Shown here: positions 9,694-18,755 of the stretch, piece by piece
Position numbering within the stretch: the stretch's first letter is position 1
How the letters are laid out: each line of letters begins with the position of its first letter
NCBI GenBank assembly: GCA_945878405.1
Contig: CAMCTJ010000008.1
Location: 30,625 to 94,624, forward strand
Length of the DNA: 64,000 nt
Origin: Bdellovibrio sp. ZAP7
GTDB taxonomy: Bacteria > Bdellovibrionota > FAC87 > UBA2466
Reading direction: 5' to 3'
Made by a program: the position numbers and the translations under genes
Notes under the pieces: generated by a model
Told to the model about the DNA's origin: nothing
Database searches by the model: none
The model's input: the letters and a program-made list of their open reading frames with translations, nothing else

Positions 9694-10414
9694 ATAGAAA
9701 AACGAGCTCTTTCTCCAGCCGAGAAAGAGTGATTTCCATTTCGTCCCGAATCTTTTTCATTAACGAATCCACATCAGCTTCTGTTAGGCCTTGAGTGGGA
9801 AAAGGGGGAAGAACCTCTATGGGGATAATAGCTTTTCTTAACCTCTTTGATTCCCAATTAGCAAGATTTCCAAGGGGTGCGATTACATAGGCAATAATAG
9901 GGACTTGGGCTTTAATGGCTAGGTGGAAAGCCCCCTTTTTAAAGGGAAGTAGACCAAAACCTTTTTTATTTCGAGTGCCCTCGGGGGTAATCCCGATTCC
10001 GTAACCCTGATGGATAAAACCGATTTGGTTATCCAAAATATTTTTAGCTGCAGCAGACTGACTTCTATCGATTAGTCTTGCGCCACAGGCGACAAACCAC
10101 CAACCAATAACCGGGATGAATCCGATTTCTTTCTTTCCAATGGGAACTACTTTTGCTGGCCAGATGCTGCCCAAAAGAAGAGTATCTAGAAAACTCTGAT
10201 GGTTTGAAATCATCACAGCAGGAAGACTTTCCGAATTTTTTTCACCTCTTGGTCGTGTTTGAAGGCCCAGTGCCCGCAATCCCCCCCAAGACATGAAACG
10301 TACCGAGGGCGAAAAAAGGCTGGCATCACCCCAGGAAAAAAGAGCTCTCAAAAGCCAGATACAACATGAGAAGAGAGACCAGAGAACTACGAGAAAAATG
10401 CGAAGATAGAACAC
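9692..10414 (-). CDS. plsC: 1-acyl-sn-glycerol-3-phosphate acyltransferase
   Basis: SNHQSFLD (HxxxxD), IDR, PEGTR, PFKKGAF. Confidence 0.9.
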   Translation of the reverse strand: MFYLRIFLVVLWSLFSCCIWLLRALFSWGDASLFSPSVRFMSWGGLRALGLQTRPRGEKNSESLPAVMISNHQSFLDTLLLGSIWPAKVVPIGKKEIGFIPVIGWWFVACGARLIDRSQSAAAKNILDNQIGFIHQGYGIGITPEGTRNKKGFGLLPFKKGAFHLAIKAQVPIIAYVIAPLGNLANWESKRLRKAIIPIEVLPPFPTQGLTEADVDSLMKKIRDEMEITLSRLEKELVFL

Positions 10415-10426
10415 GAGGATATACGC

Positions 10427-10987
10427 TTAATCGTTTACAAATTTGGTTGTACTAAGGGATTTAAATTCAAATCTTAATCCGAAAGAAGGGCCCGAAAAAT
10501 CTTTTGCATCGGCCATATGAATGTAATGAGCCGTAAAGAGCATTTTCCATCCCTGACCCAGTTTAAATCCAAAACCGACTCCCGGTTGAGCCACATAGTA
10601 GGAGTTTTGTTTAAGCCCTATTAATTTCTTTTCTCCCTGACCGTAGCCAACCAACAAATCCAACTCGATCAGTGTTCTCTTGGTCGTTGGAATTTCCCAG
10701 CCCACGAGAAGACCTCCATAGGTCAGGTATTCTTCGGTGAGTGCTCTTCCAGTAGGAGTTCCAAAATAGGCCCCAAAGCCCCAGTAAACTTGTGAGTCCC
10801 CAAAATACTGTCCCCAAGTTAATCCCGATAGCCAGCCGACCGGTTGGTCCAAGTTTGGTTTAAATCCGGTGAGATCTAAACCAAGTTTGCTTCGGTAACG
10901 ACTGTCAGCGTGAGCAAGTGGCGTTTGGAAAAAGAGACTTCCCAAAATGACGGTGCAGAAGAAAAATAATTTTAGTCGTGAGAACAC
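10427..10987 (-). CDS. Small outer-membrane beta-barrel protein, unknown function
   Basis: Signal peptide ending AHA; alternating aromatic/Gly strands; FGLRFEF near the C-terminus. Confidence 0.6.
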   Translation of the reverse strand: MFSRLKLFFFCTVILGSLFFQTPLAHADSRYRSKLGLDLTGFKPNLDQPVGWLSGLTWGQYFGDSQVYWGFGAYFGTPTGRALTEEYLTYGGLLVGWEIPTTKRTLIELDLLVGYGQGEKKLIGLKQNSYYVAQPGVGFGFKLGQGWKMLFTAHYIHMADAKDFSGPSFGLRFEFKSLSTTKFVND

Positions 10988-10993
10988 TCCCTA

Positions 10994-11020
10994 TTTTCGG
11001 AACAGTTTTCAGGTTTCTAA
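10994..11020 (-). promoter_or_regulatory. Candidate sigma28 promoter
   Basis: Minus strand TTAG-N15-TCCGAAAA, 6 nt before GTG 10987. Confidence 0.5.
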
Positions 11021-11124
11021 ATCGCGCCCTGTGTCTTCTTACCTAAACAATTGAAAACACGACTAAATTAATTGATGCCACAATTCCTTCATAATTTAAA
11101 CCTAAACTGAAAGTTGAGGAACGT

Positions 11125-11646
11125 ATGGCCAAACCCGGATCCCTGTTACTGATCGTAATTCTTTTGCTTATTTCTGCAAAACTCTCAGTAGCTCGTTCAG
11201 ACTGGTATTCCTATTACATTCAGTGTGTTGCTACTTCGAGCCAGGAGGCGACTTGTTACGATGCGATTCGAGAATTCCTATCCACTGAAGAAGGGAGACG
11301 ACAGGCCGAGGAAATTGGATTTAAGAGACAACTGTTTAGAGATTCAAATCAGGTAGTCACTCAGGCCGTTGTGATATCTAACCGCATCGTTCAAATGGAA
11401 ACTTATCTTTCAAATGCCCTTGAAAAAGCGAAGGAAGATAAAGATGCCGTTCGAGCTTATTGTTTACATGATAAGAATCGGGAGATGACAGCATTAAAGA
11501 GAAACGTCGATGAAAAAAAAACAAATATGCTTCAAAACGCTAATCACTCAGGCCCTGAATTCATTGAAAGTGAATATCAACTTGTTTTATCGCTTAATTC
11601 TCGAGCGAACGAACTCTACCTCCAAGCAAGAAAATGTTTAGAATAA
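11125..11646 (+). CDS. Secreted helical hypothetical protein with four Cys
   Basis: GAGGA RBS, signal peptide, helical composition. Confidence 0.7.
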   Translation: MAKPGSLLLIVILLLISAKLSVARSDWYSYYIQCVATSSQEATCYDAIREFLSTEEGRRQAEEIGFKRQLFRDSNQVVTQAVVISNRIVQMETYLSNALEKAKEDKDAVRAYCLHDKNREMTALKRNVDEKKTNMLQNANHSGPEFIESEYQLVLSLNSRANELYLQARKCLE

Positions 11647-11686
11647 CGGCCCTTTATAAAGTTTCAAGATTGTCCGATAAGACGTT

Positions 11687-12730
11687 GTGCCTGCGCAATT
11701 TACCCAAAATCTGATTCCGCTCGAGCGAATCGAGCAAAGTTTGCAGCTAGAGCCCGTCCTCTTTGTTCTCTTTACGGCCTTGTCTTCATTTTTGGTCTAC
11801 ACGATTGGGCTCCGCAATCTAAGTCCCTCACGGCATCGAAATCTGAGAGCTTTGTTCAAAAACCTACTGGGACATGTTTTTCTAGGGCTTGGACTTCTTA
11901 CCTTTTTTTGGATCTTGAGGGGAGAAACAATCGTAATTCCCAAGTTGGTTCCATTTGTGGGCATAGCAACTGTTCTTTGGGGGGCAATTGTCCTCATAAA
12001 AAGTTTTAGAATCTTGAGTTTTGAGTATCTATTTTTCATGAATATGCAAACAGGGGTTCCTCTCCTGTTGGTCAACATGCTTACCTTATTAATGTCGGTT
12101 GTTCTTGGTTCATGGATCGCAACGAGCGTCTTTGGATTTCGTTTAGCTCCCGTATTGGCGACCTCCGCACTTTTTTCCATCGTTGTCGGTCTTGCGCTCC
12201 AGGAAACTTTGGGCAATCTTTTTTCTGGAATTGCACTTCAAATAGACAAGCCCTACACGCTGGGGGACTGGATTGAAGTTCAAACGGGAACCCAAAAACT
12301 GGTCGGCCATGTTCACGAGGTTACGTGGCGTGCGACGATTTTGACCAGCTTAACAGAAGAGTGGATTACTATTCCCAATCGAATCGTTGCTCAGTCTCAG
12401 GTTTTAAATTTTTCAAAGACTAAAAATCCCATTCTGAGAAACCAAGTATTTCGACTTCCTTACTCCGCTCCCATTTCTGAAGTGCGAAAACTGTTGGTGG
12501 ATTCAATTCAAGACATCAAGGGTATCAGTCGCTTCACCGAGCCCAATGTCTTGCTGGTGGAAGCAGCTGAATCCTGGCTGACGGTGAAATTAGTTTATGC
12601 AGTTAAAGACTTTCCTGATCAGTTTCGTGTTGCAGATGAGGTCATCGAGAAATGCATAGAATCCTTAAGGAGTAAGGGGATTTCTTTAGTTGGTCCCGTG
12701 ATGCGGGTTACCCAGGAAAAAATAGCTTAA
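11687..12730 (+). CDS. Mechanosensitive channel MscS family
   Basis: GLALQETLGNLFSGI, PYTLGDWI, GHVHEVTWRAT, IPN motifs; extra N-terminal TM helices. Confidence 0.92.
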   Translation: MPAQFTQNLIPLERIEQSLQLEPVLFVLFTALSSFLVYTIGLRNLSPSRHRNLRALFKNLLGHVFLGLGLLTFFWILRGETIVIPKLVPFVGIATVLWGAIVLIKSFRILSFEYLFFMNMQTGVPLLLVNMLTLLMSVVLGSWIATSVFGFRLAPVLATSALFSIVVGLALQETLGNLFSGIALQIDKPYTLGDWIEVQTGTQKLVGHVHEVTWRATILTSLTEEWITIPNRIVAQSQVLNFSKTKNPILRNQVFRLPYSAPISEVRKLLVDSIQDIKGISRFTEPNVLLVEAAESWLTVKLVYAVKDFPDQFRVADEVIEKCIESLRSKGISLVGPVMRVTQEKIA

Positions 12731-13556
12731 GACAAAAGACAGATCCGCCTGATTTCATAAACTCCGTTGTCTCTACTTCCCAGACTCTAAAATCCAATCG
12801 CTTCAAATGTTCAGCAAAGGTAGGGGACCCCTTTTGTACAATTACATTTTTTCCATCGGGGCAAAAGCAATTGCCACAAAAATACTGTCGATTTTCTTCA
12901 ATGGGGATCTCAACTAAAACTGGAAAAAAAGAACGCAAAAGTTCGAGTCCTTCTTTTGAGAAAGCATCCGGTTGGATTGCAGCCACATCTTTTGAAAGAA
13001 TGGAGAAGCAAGTATCGAGATGATAAAAATCTTTGAGGCGTAGCTCTAACGGAACAATTTCCAATCCAAAACGTTGAGATAATTCCTCATAAACTTCTTT
13101 GTCAGTTCTCGGCCCATAGCCGCCAAATACGACTCCATGATCGGGTGAAAAAATGGCATCTCCATTTCCTTCGAAGGCGCCGGAGTAATTTAAATGATGA
13201 ACCGTGAAACCGAGTCCCTTCCATAGTTTTTCAAAATAGGGAACTTCCTGAGCTCTTTCGGCCGAGCGCATTTTTGAAAGAACTATTTCGTACTTTTGAG
13301 TGAACTTATTCCAAAAGGGAAAAGATTGATTAGCTGTAAAAACGATGTCAGGAAGCCCGTGGACTCCCTCCATCTCGATAACTTTTAGTCCGGTTTCTCG
13401 AAAAGTATCAACAAGAGAGCGCCATTCAACTTGAGCGTTTTTCTGGTCAACTTTATTGAGCTGCCCAGAGGCATCCGTCATGTAAGGATTGATGGCGTAA
13501 GCGACTTCAAAATAAGTCGGCTTAGCAACAAGAACGGAATTGAATGTCATAGCCAC
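12708..13556 (-). CDS. Guanidino-group-modifying enzyme (amidinotransferase/DDAH/ArgZ N-domain-like)
   Basis: YAINPYM, PDIVFTAN, FEGNGD, YHLDT, EFMKSGGSVFC with catalytic Cys. Confidence 0.85.
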   Translation of the reverse strand: MAMTFNSVLVAKPTYFEVAYAINPYMTDASGQLNKVDQKNAQVEWRSLVDTFRETGLKVIEMEGVHGLPDIVFTANQSFPFWNKFTQKYEIVLSKMRSAERAQEVPYFEKLWKGLGFTVHHLNYSGAFEGNGDAIFSPDHGVVFGGYGPRTDKEVYEELSQRFGLEIVPLELRLKDFYHLDTCFSILSKDVAAIQPDAFSKEGLELLRSFFPVLVEIPIEENRQYFCGNCFCPDGKNVIVQKGSPTFAEHLKRLDFRVWEVETTEFMKSGGSVFCLKLFFPG

Positions 13557-13558
13557 TG

Positions 13559-14104
13559 CTATAGCTCGATAGCAGTCCCAATAACAGGGGAAAATAGCAG
13601 ATTCCCGTTTAAAGTTCCGATGCTGGGAGAGAACATAACCAAAGTTCCTTCTCCAACTGTCAAATTGAACGAAGGTTTTATCAGGAGGGTAAAATACGTA
13701 TCACTATAATCTTTTCCCCCCGGTTTTGAGGAGTTGTCATAGCTTACCAGTCCGATTCCGGGAGCAAGGCCCAACATCAGATAAGCATTCTGGCTAAAAT
13801 CAAAGCGAGCGGAGACATTCAATAAGAGGGGGATATAGGTACCGAACTTAGGGGTAGTATAGAAATACGTTCCCGTTTCAAGTCCCCCAAAAAGACCTGA
13901 ATTGCCTAAAGGAAATCTCGCCCCAACGTGAAGGCCGGGTTGGGCACCAAGGATAGCAGTTGAGACGCCAGTGCCTACTTCAACTGTGATGGGCTTTGTT
14001 TTTTCGTTTGAGTGGGTTGTAGTAATATTTGTTGGTTGATTACCGGTTGAACCAAAGGCCCCTAAACACAGGACAAACAGAGACAGGAAACACAAAAATC
14101 GCAT
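13559..14104 (-). CDS. Small outer-membrane beta-barrel protein, unknown function
   Basis: GGAGG RBS before ATG 14104; signal peptide; amphipathic beta-strand pattern. Confidence 0.6.
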   Translation of the reverse strand: MRFLCFLSLFVLCLGAFGSTGNQPTNITTTHSNEKTKPITVEVGTGVSTAILGAQPGLHVGARFPLGNSGLFGGLETGTYFYTTPKFGTYIPLLLNVSARFDFSQNAYLMLGLAPGIGLVSYDNSSKPGGKDYSDTYFTLLIKPSFNLTVGEGTLVMFSPSIGTLNGNLLFSPVIGTAIEL

Positions 14105-14162
14105 TGCAACCCTCCAAAAGAGGCTCTCTTTTATCTGAAAATACAACGCGATGCAATATGAT

Positions 14163-15125
14163 TCAGGGGATCCAAGTGGTGAATCTTTTTTTATCAATAA
14201 TATCAATTATATGCTTCTTGTCTCGTTTGAGAAGTTTTTCCTCGCTTACGGCTGTTTCGGCGCAAACTAAGGCAAGAGAATAGCCTTTATAGTGTCTGGC
14301 CCGACCCATGAGCCGCTTAGTTCCCATACTTCTCGGGGGGGCTTTTCCAAGAACCAGAAAACTCGTAGGTAAAGCCCTTAAGTCAATTTGAAGTCGCTTA
14401 GAAAACTCACTCCAAAAAGAATCCTGAAAGATCTGGCCGGGAGGTGCCGCAAAAAAATGGCACCAGTGGGGAGTGTTTTTTAATTTGAGAAGCCCGCAGG
14501 TTTCTTGATGAGGACAAGGAGCTAACACCGAAAAGATCTTACGGAAGCGTTCCCTATATTCAATCAATCGAGAGCTTGAAGCCGGTGTTCCAGGTTCTAC
14601 CCAAATAACCAGATCTGCTGTTTCAATGAGTGACAAGAGTTCTTTCTCTGCAGCGGGCGAGAGTTCATTGAGAACGTGACTGACTAACAGAACTCTTTTT
14701 TCTTGGTCTATTGTAGAAAGGGTAGTTTCAATTTTGACCTCAGGATATTTTTTGAGAATAGATTCCTGAGCAAATCGGCAAGCAAGGTGGGATTTATCCA
14801 TTAAAATAATTTTTTTTACGAAGCCAGGCCCCAGATGCTCCAGAAATTTTCTTGTGGCAACGCCTGTTCCACAGCCCCAGTCGATTAAAGTGACCGATTC
14901 GAGAGATTGCAAAGAGGGTGTTTCTTTTAGCTCACGAATAACCGAATCCCATTTCCACCCGATCCGTTGGGCAAAAGTGAAATCGTACTGAGCTAAAACT
15001 TCAGCGTTTTTCCAATAACTTTCAGGAGAAAAATCTTCAGATAAGAAACAGTTTCGAAGATGCTCTAGAATCTTCCAGTTCGGGCTAAAGGCCCTTTGAA
15101 TTTCCAGTTTTTCGGATCGCGACAT
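14163..15125 (-). CDS. Rsm22/METTL17-family SAM-dependent methyltransferase
   Basis: DWGCGTG SAM motif, SHVLNEL, VEPGTP, APCPH-x3-C...WCHF. Confidence 0.85.
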   Translation of the reverse strand: MSRSEKLEIQRAFSPNWKILEHLRNCFLSEDFSPESYWKNAEVLAQYDFTFAQRIGWKWDSVIRELKETPSLQSLESVTLIDWGCGTGVATRKFLEHLGPGFVKKIILMDKSHLACRFAQESILKKYPEVKIETTLSTIDQEKRVLLVSHVLNELSPAAEKELLSLIETADLVIWVEPGTPASSSRLIEYRERFRKIFSVLAPCPHQETCGLLKLKNTPHWCHFFAAPPGQIFQDSFWSEFSKRLQIDLRALPTSFLVLGKAPPRSMGTKRLMGRARHYKGYSLALVCAETAVSEEKLLKRDKKHIIDIIDKKRFTTWIP

Positions 15126-16066
15126 TCGTATCTATTGTAGTCGAAATAACCTTTTGCAGAATGTGTTTTTACACAAGCTAGGCCTTTATCACAGGAATAT
15201 TCGAAGAGCCCTCGCGAACCTTTTCCAGGGCAAGCCCCTCCCACGGATGAGCGAGCCCTACACTCTGAAACAAAACTACCGTTCTGATCCTTGGTTAAAA
15301 TACATCTCCCTCTCAGCCAGTCGGAGTCTTCTCGGTAGCAATCGGTATCGAGAGTACAAACGGGGGCATCCACTCGATAACTCAACGTTGAAAGTCGGGC
15401 ATTTACATCTTCCCTTATTGTTTTTAAAACGGAACCAAGGCACTGGTTACATTTTTTTTCGATGTCTTTTTGCGTAGTGAATGCGGGAACTTCTCCAATG
15501 GGACAGATATCCTCATCTTCAAAAAAATCAGATCGCATCTTTTCGGTGTTGGTACCTGAAGAGTAACTAAAGACTGGGGAATCCGCAGTGAGGGTCAACC
15601 CTGCTTGCTGGTAATCGTTGAGGGATGCTCGATGAAGCACCTGACAATTCACTTTTCCCGGAACGAGTAAGGCTCTTCCTTTTGAATCCCAAATATTTGT
15701 TTCGGGATCAATATTCTCAGCTCTGAAAAACCAACGTGAGTTAGTTTCATTGCGAACAGATAATTCAATAGTTCCCACGACAGCAAGGGGACCTGCTTTT
15801 ACGGTGATTCTTGCTGGAGTAATTGTGGTCCCCGAAATGTCCAGGATTCCTTCTTGATGAGTTCTTACCCTCGGTTCTCTATCGGGGTTTTCTTTTGGGG
15901 ATTTCGTGGTTTCCTCTGAAGCACTTGGTCTCGAGTTGAGTATTTGAAAAAGATAGCTATCTAAATGGTTGCCTGTAGAGCTCTGAGTTTCGTGTTCCGC
16001 ATAAAGGGGAATAGATACCGCCAAAAACGCACCGGCGATTAAAATTTGAAAAGTCTTTCTCATCAT
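15065..16066 (-). CDS. Secreted Cys-rich hypothetical protein
   Basis: Signal peptide MMRKTFQILIAGAFLAVSIPLYA; about 12 Cys, mostly C-terminal (CTLDTDC...GACPG...SCDKGLAC). Confidence 0.7.
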   Translation of the reverse strand: MMRKTFQILIAGAFLAVSIPLYAEHETQSSTGNHLDSYLFQILNSRPSASEETTKSPKENPDREPRVRTHQEGILDISGTTITPARITVKAGPLAVVGTIELSVRNETNSRWFFRAENIDPETNIWDSKGRALLVPGKVNCQVLHRASLNDYQQAGLTLTADSPVFSYSSGTNTEKMRSDFFEDEDICPIGEVPAFTTQKDIEKKCNQCLGSVLKTIREDVNARLSTLSYRVDAPVCTLDTDCYREDSDWLRGRCILTKDQNGSFVSECRARSSVGGACPGKGSRGLFEYSCDKGLACVKTHSAKGYFDYNRYECRDPKNWKFKGPLARTGRF

Positions 16067-16160
16067 ACGTTCTACAAGGCTCCATTCCACGGAAGGAGCG
16101 GCCTCAGGAGCCTCTTCTGCAAAATTGAATACCCTCGGCCCTACAGTATTAAACACATTA

Positions 16161-16187
16161 ATTTCGGTTACTTAAGCGCGGTCTTTA
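16161..16187 (-). promoter_or_regulatory. Candidate sigma28 promoter
   Basis: Minus strand TAAA-N15-ACCGAAAT. Confidence 0.55.
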
Positions 16188-16268
16188 CCGACTGAATACT
16201 GGATCATTGTTATTCAGCTGTAAATCAGGTAAACACGGCGCATCATTTTTGGCTATGAAAGGGCAGAT

Positions 16269-17327
16269 ATGGCGCTAGTTCGGCTGGTTGGCTTGGTTTT
16301 CTTGATCTCACCTCTTGTTTCGTTGGCCTGTAGTTCTTTTTACTGGAAAGGATCCGAAGGAAGTTATTTGGGAAAAAGCTACGATTGGCATCATGATCAA
16401 GCGCTTCTCTTAGTTAATAAACGAAACGTAAAGAAAACAGGATTTACCGTCAGACCTTGGGAAGCCGGTCCCCAATGGGTTTCCAAATATGGAAGCCTTA
16501 CTTTTAACCAGTATGGCAGAGAGTTTCCCAACGGCGGTATGAATGAAGAAGGCCTTACCATAGAAGTTTTGTGGTTAAACGCTAGCGAATATGAAGGATT
16601 TGATTTTCGACCGGTCTTAAACCAGCTCACCTGGGTGCAATACCAATTAGATAATTTTGGTCTTGTTTCAGAAGTCATCGAAGCACTTCCTCGGTTTCGG
16701 GTGTCGCCCATTCAAGGAAAAATCCACTACTTTATTTGTGATCGAACCTCAAATTGTGCGGTCGTCGAATGGCTCCATGGGAAGCCAGTTGTTCATTCGG
16801 GGACTGATATGGATCCGAAAGCCATAACCAATAGCAGTTACGAGGCGTCTAAAACTGAGTTTGAGAGAACTCAGCGCCTGAGAAACATGCTCTATCTCAA
16901 TGCTTCAGTTGATGAGAGTTCACTCTCAAGATTTGTAAGACTTGCAACTTTACTTAAAATGGAAATCCCATCGCTTGAATCCAGCTTTTCTATTTTAGAT
17001 TCTGTTTCGATGGCTAATCTCACGACCTGGAATATTGTTTACAACTTAGAAACTCGAGAAGTTTTTTACCGAACAAAACGCAATCCAGAGATTCGGTCTT
17101 TAAATTTAAATTCGTTTGATTTTGATTGTTCCAGTCCCACTTTAATGTTGGACATTCAAAGCGGGCGGGAATCCGTAGATCAGCAATTTGTTCCCTTTAG
17201 TTATCAGCGAAACTATGAAATCGTGATGGATGGCTTGAGTGATATCCAGTTTTCTTGGGTTTTAGCTCCCTTACTAAATCGATACCCGCAAACAACTTAT
17301 TGTGTGAATCAGAAAACTAGTGGCTAG
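16269..17327 (+). CDS. Linear amide C-N hydrolase (choloylglycine hydrolase/penicillin V acylase, Ntn fold)
   Basis: Signal peptide then mature N-terminal Cys (LA|CSSF), WVSKYGS, GGMNEEGL, ITNS, SRF. Confidence 0.88.
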   Translation: MALVRLVGLVFLISPLVSLACSSFYWKGSEGSYLGKSYDWHHDQALLLVNKRNVKKTGFTVRPWEAGPQWVSKYGSLTFNQYGREFPNGGMNEEGLTIEVLWLNASEYEGFDFRPVLNQLTWVQYQLDNFGLVSEVIEALPRFRVSPIQGKIHYFICDRTSNCAVVEWLHGKPVVHSGTDMDPKAITNSSYEASKTEFERTQRLRNMLYLNASVDESSLSRFVRLATLLKMEIPSLESSFSILDSVSMANLTTWNIVYNLETREVFYRTKRNPEIRSLNLNSFDFDCSSPTLMLDIQSGRESVDQQFVPFSYQRNYEIVMDGLSDIQFSWVLAPLLNRYPQTTYCVNQKTSG

Positions 17328-18564
17328 CCTGCCAATCCCAGTTAAAAATGGATTGGTAGTGTTCATTGATTGACCGGCTATCTACAGAAATAGCGGTTTC
17401 TCGATTGTTTTCTACAGAGTTCTGATTCCAATTGATTGAACTGATCAAAGTTTTATACCCATCCGCCAAAGCGCCTTTGTTATGGATGTACTTCACTTTC
17501 ATTTTGGGTAAATCAGCAATTGCAGCTTGAATGGGAAGATGGTTTTCTTTTGCAACGTTCTCAAGCATTGCCAGTAGTTTCATTTCAGGATCGTTATCGC
17601 CGCCGAAAACAGTCGAATCATTTACCAAGACACGAATTTTTACGCCCCGCTTGGCAGCCGCTACAATCGCGTTGAACAACGGAGATACTTCTCCCGTTTT
17701 TCCCCACATCGGATTAAAACTCATTAATTCCACATCCAAAGTTTCTTGGGCCGATTCAATAAAAGCCATCAATCCAACCATGCTGGATTCAGGAGAGGTC
17801 AAAAACTCGACATTATCTGCATCTAGAGTTTTTGGTTCATCAGAAAGCATCCAAGAGAATCGATTTTCTATTCTGGTTGCAACGTTCTGCATGCTTTCAA
17901 TCCAATCGGCAACGCGACCCAAAATTTTTGGCAGGGGGATTTTAGGGCTATATAGGGTTACTAAATCACCATGCGAAGTATTGATATCTTTTCGAAAGAC
18001 CTTTAGAAAATTGCGAGACATTTGCTCGTCATAGATAAACGTTTGCCAACCGCGAGTCCCGCCAGTTGACCCAGGTTCTGGTTGTCCAGAGGGGGAATAA
18101 TTTTCTGAGCCAACCATTACACCCTTTTCGTCAATCACGATGTACTTTGCATGGTTATATCGGAATCTTCTTTTTCCTTTGGGAGTTTCAGAAGTCATCA
18201 CCCAGTAACCATGTAGCTGCGATCCCGAATTAGCTTCCATCGCCTTTGCAATTTTCTTTTGAATGTCTTTTGCTTCAGGGACTAAGCCGCCTACGGGTTG
18301 GCCTTCTTGAAGAAGTTCAACTCTGACCCCTTCATTGATCTTTTGAATTAAGGCATCTGCTACATCATACGAAGTTAACTCGTACGCATTCATCACGATA
18401 CTTTTTTGGGCACTTAAAATGGCTCGAAGAGATAAGACTAAATTACTTCTTGGTGATTCGGAAACATCCAGAGTTACCGCCCCCAAAGAGGCGGAGAGAA
18501 TGGAAATGACAGCAAGTAATAATCTTCGGGACAGACTGCCAATTAGGGCGTCGAGGTGATCCAT
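17317..18564 (-). CDS. Phospholipase D superfamily protein, exported
   Basis: Two HKD motifs: HAKYIVID..GSEN and HNKGALAD..SSIN; hydrophobic N-terminus. Confidence 0.9.
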   Translation of the reverse strand: MDHLDALIGSLSRRLLLAVISILSASLGAVTLDVSESPRSNLVLSLRAILSAQKSIVMNAYELTSYDVADALIQKINEGVRVELLQEGQPVGGLVPEAKDIQKKIAKAMEANSGSQLHGYWVMTSETPKGKRRFRYNHAKYIVIDEKGVMVGSENYSPSGQPEPGSTGGTRGWQTFIYDEQMSRNFLKVFRKDINTSHGDLVTLYSPKIPLPKILGRVADWIESMQNVATRIENRFSWMLSDEPKTLDADNVEFLTSPESSMVGLMAFIESAQETLDVELMSFNPMWGKTGEVSPLFNAIVAAAKRGVKIRVLVNDSTVFGGDNDPEMKLLAMLENVAKENHLPIQAAIADLPKMKVKYIHNKGALADGYKTLISSINWNQNSVENNRETAISVDSRSINEHYQSIFNWDWQASH

Positions 18565-18755
18565 CAAGTTGTTTCCCCCGTAAGTTATTTACACCAAGTC
18601 AAACATAGAGGAAGCCATCCGGCAACGCACAGAGTGCTAATATTTGGTTAGGATTTTGTTAGCAAAAATGGCCCCTTGGTGCCGCGAGTTAAGTACATGA
18701 AATGGCGAAAATTACTCAGTGCCCGATAAACTTAAGCTGTGGTATGTCAATGAGA

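Noticed and set aside
17317-18564. PLD protein as an anti-phage nuclease
   Set aside because: Exported two-HKD architecture with no helicase, methylase or other defence genes nearby
18614-18640. GAGTGCTAA, right half of a CIRCE element, upstream of PLD
   Set aside because: The left half TTAGCACTC is absent at the 9-nt spacing
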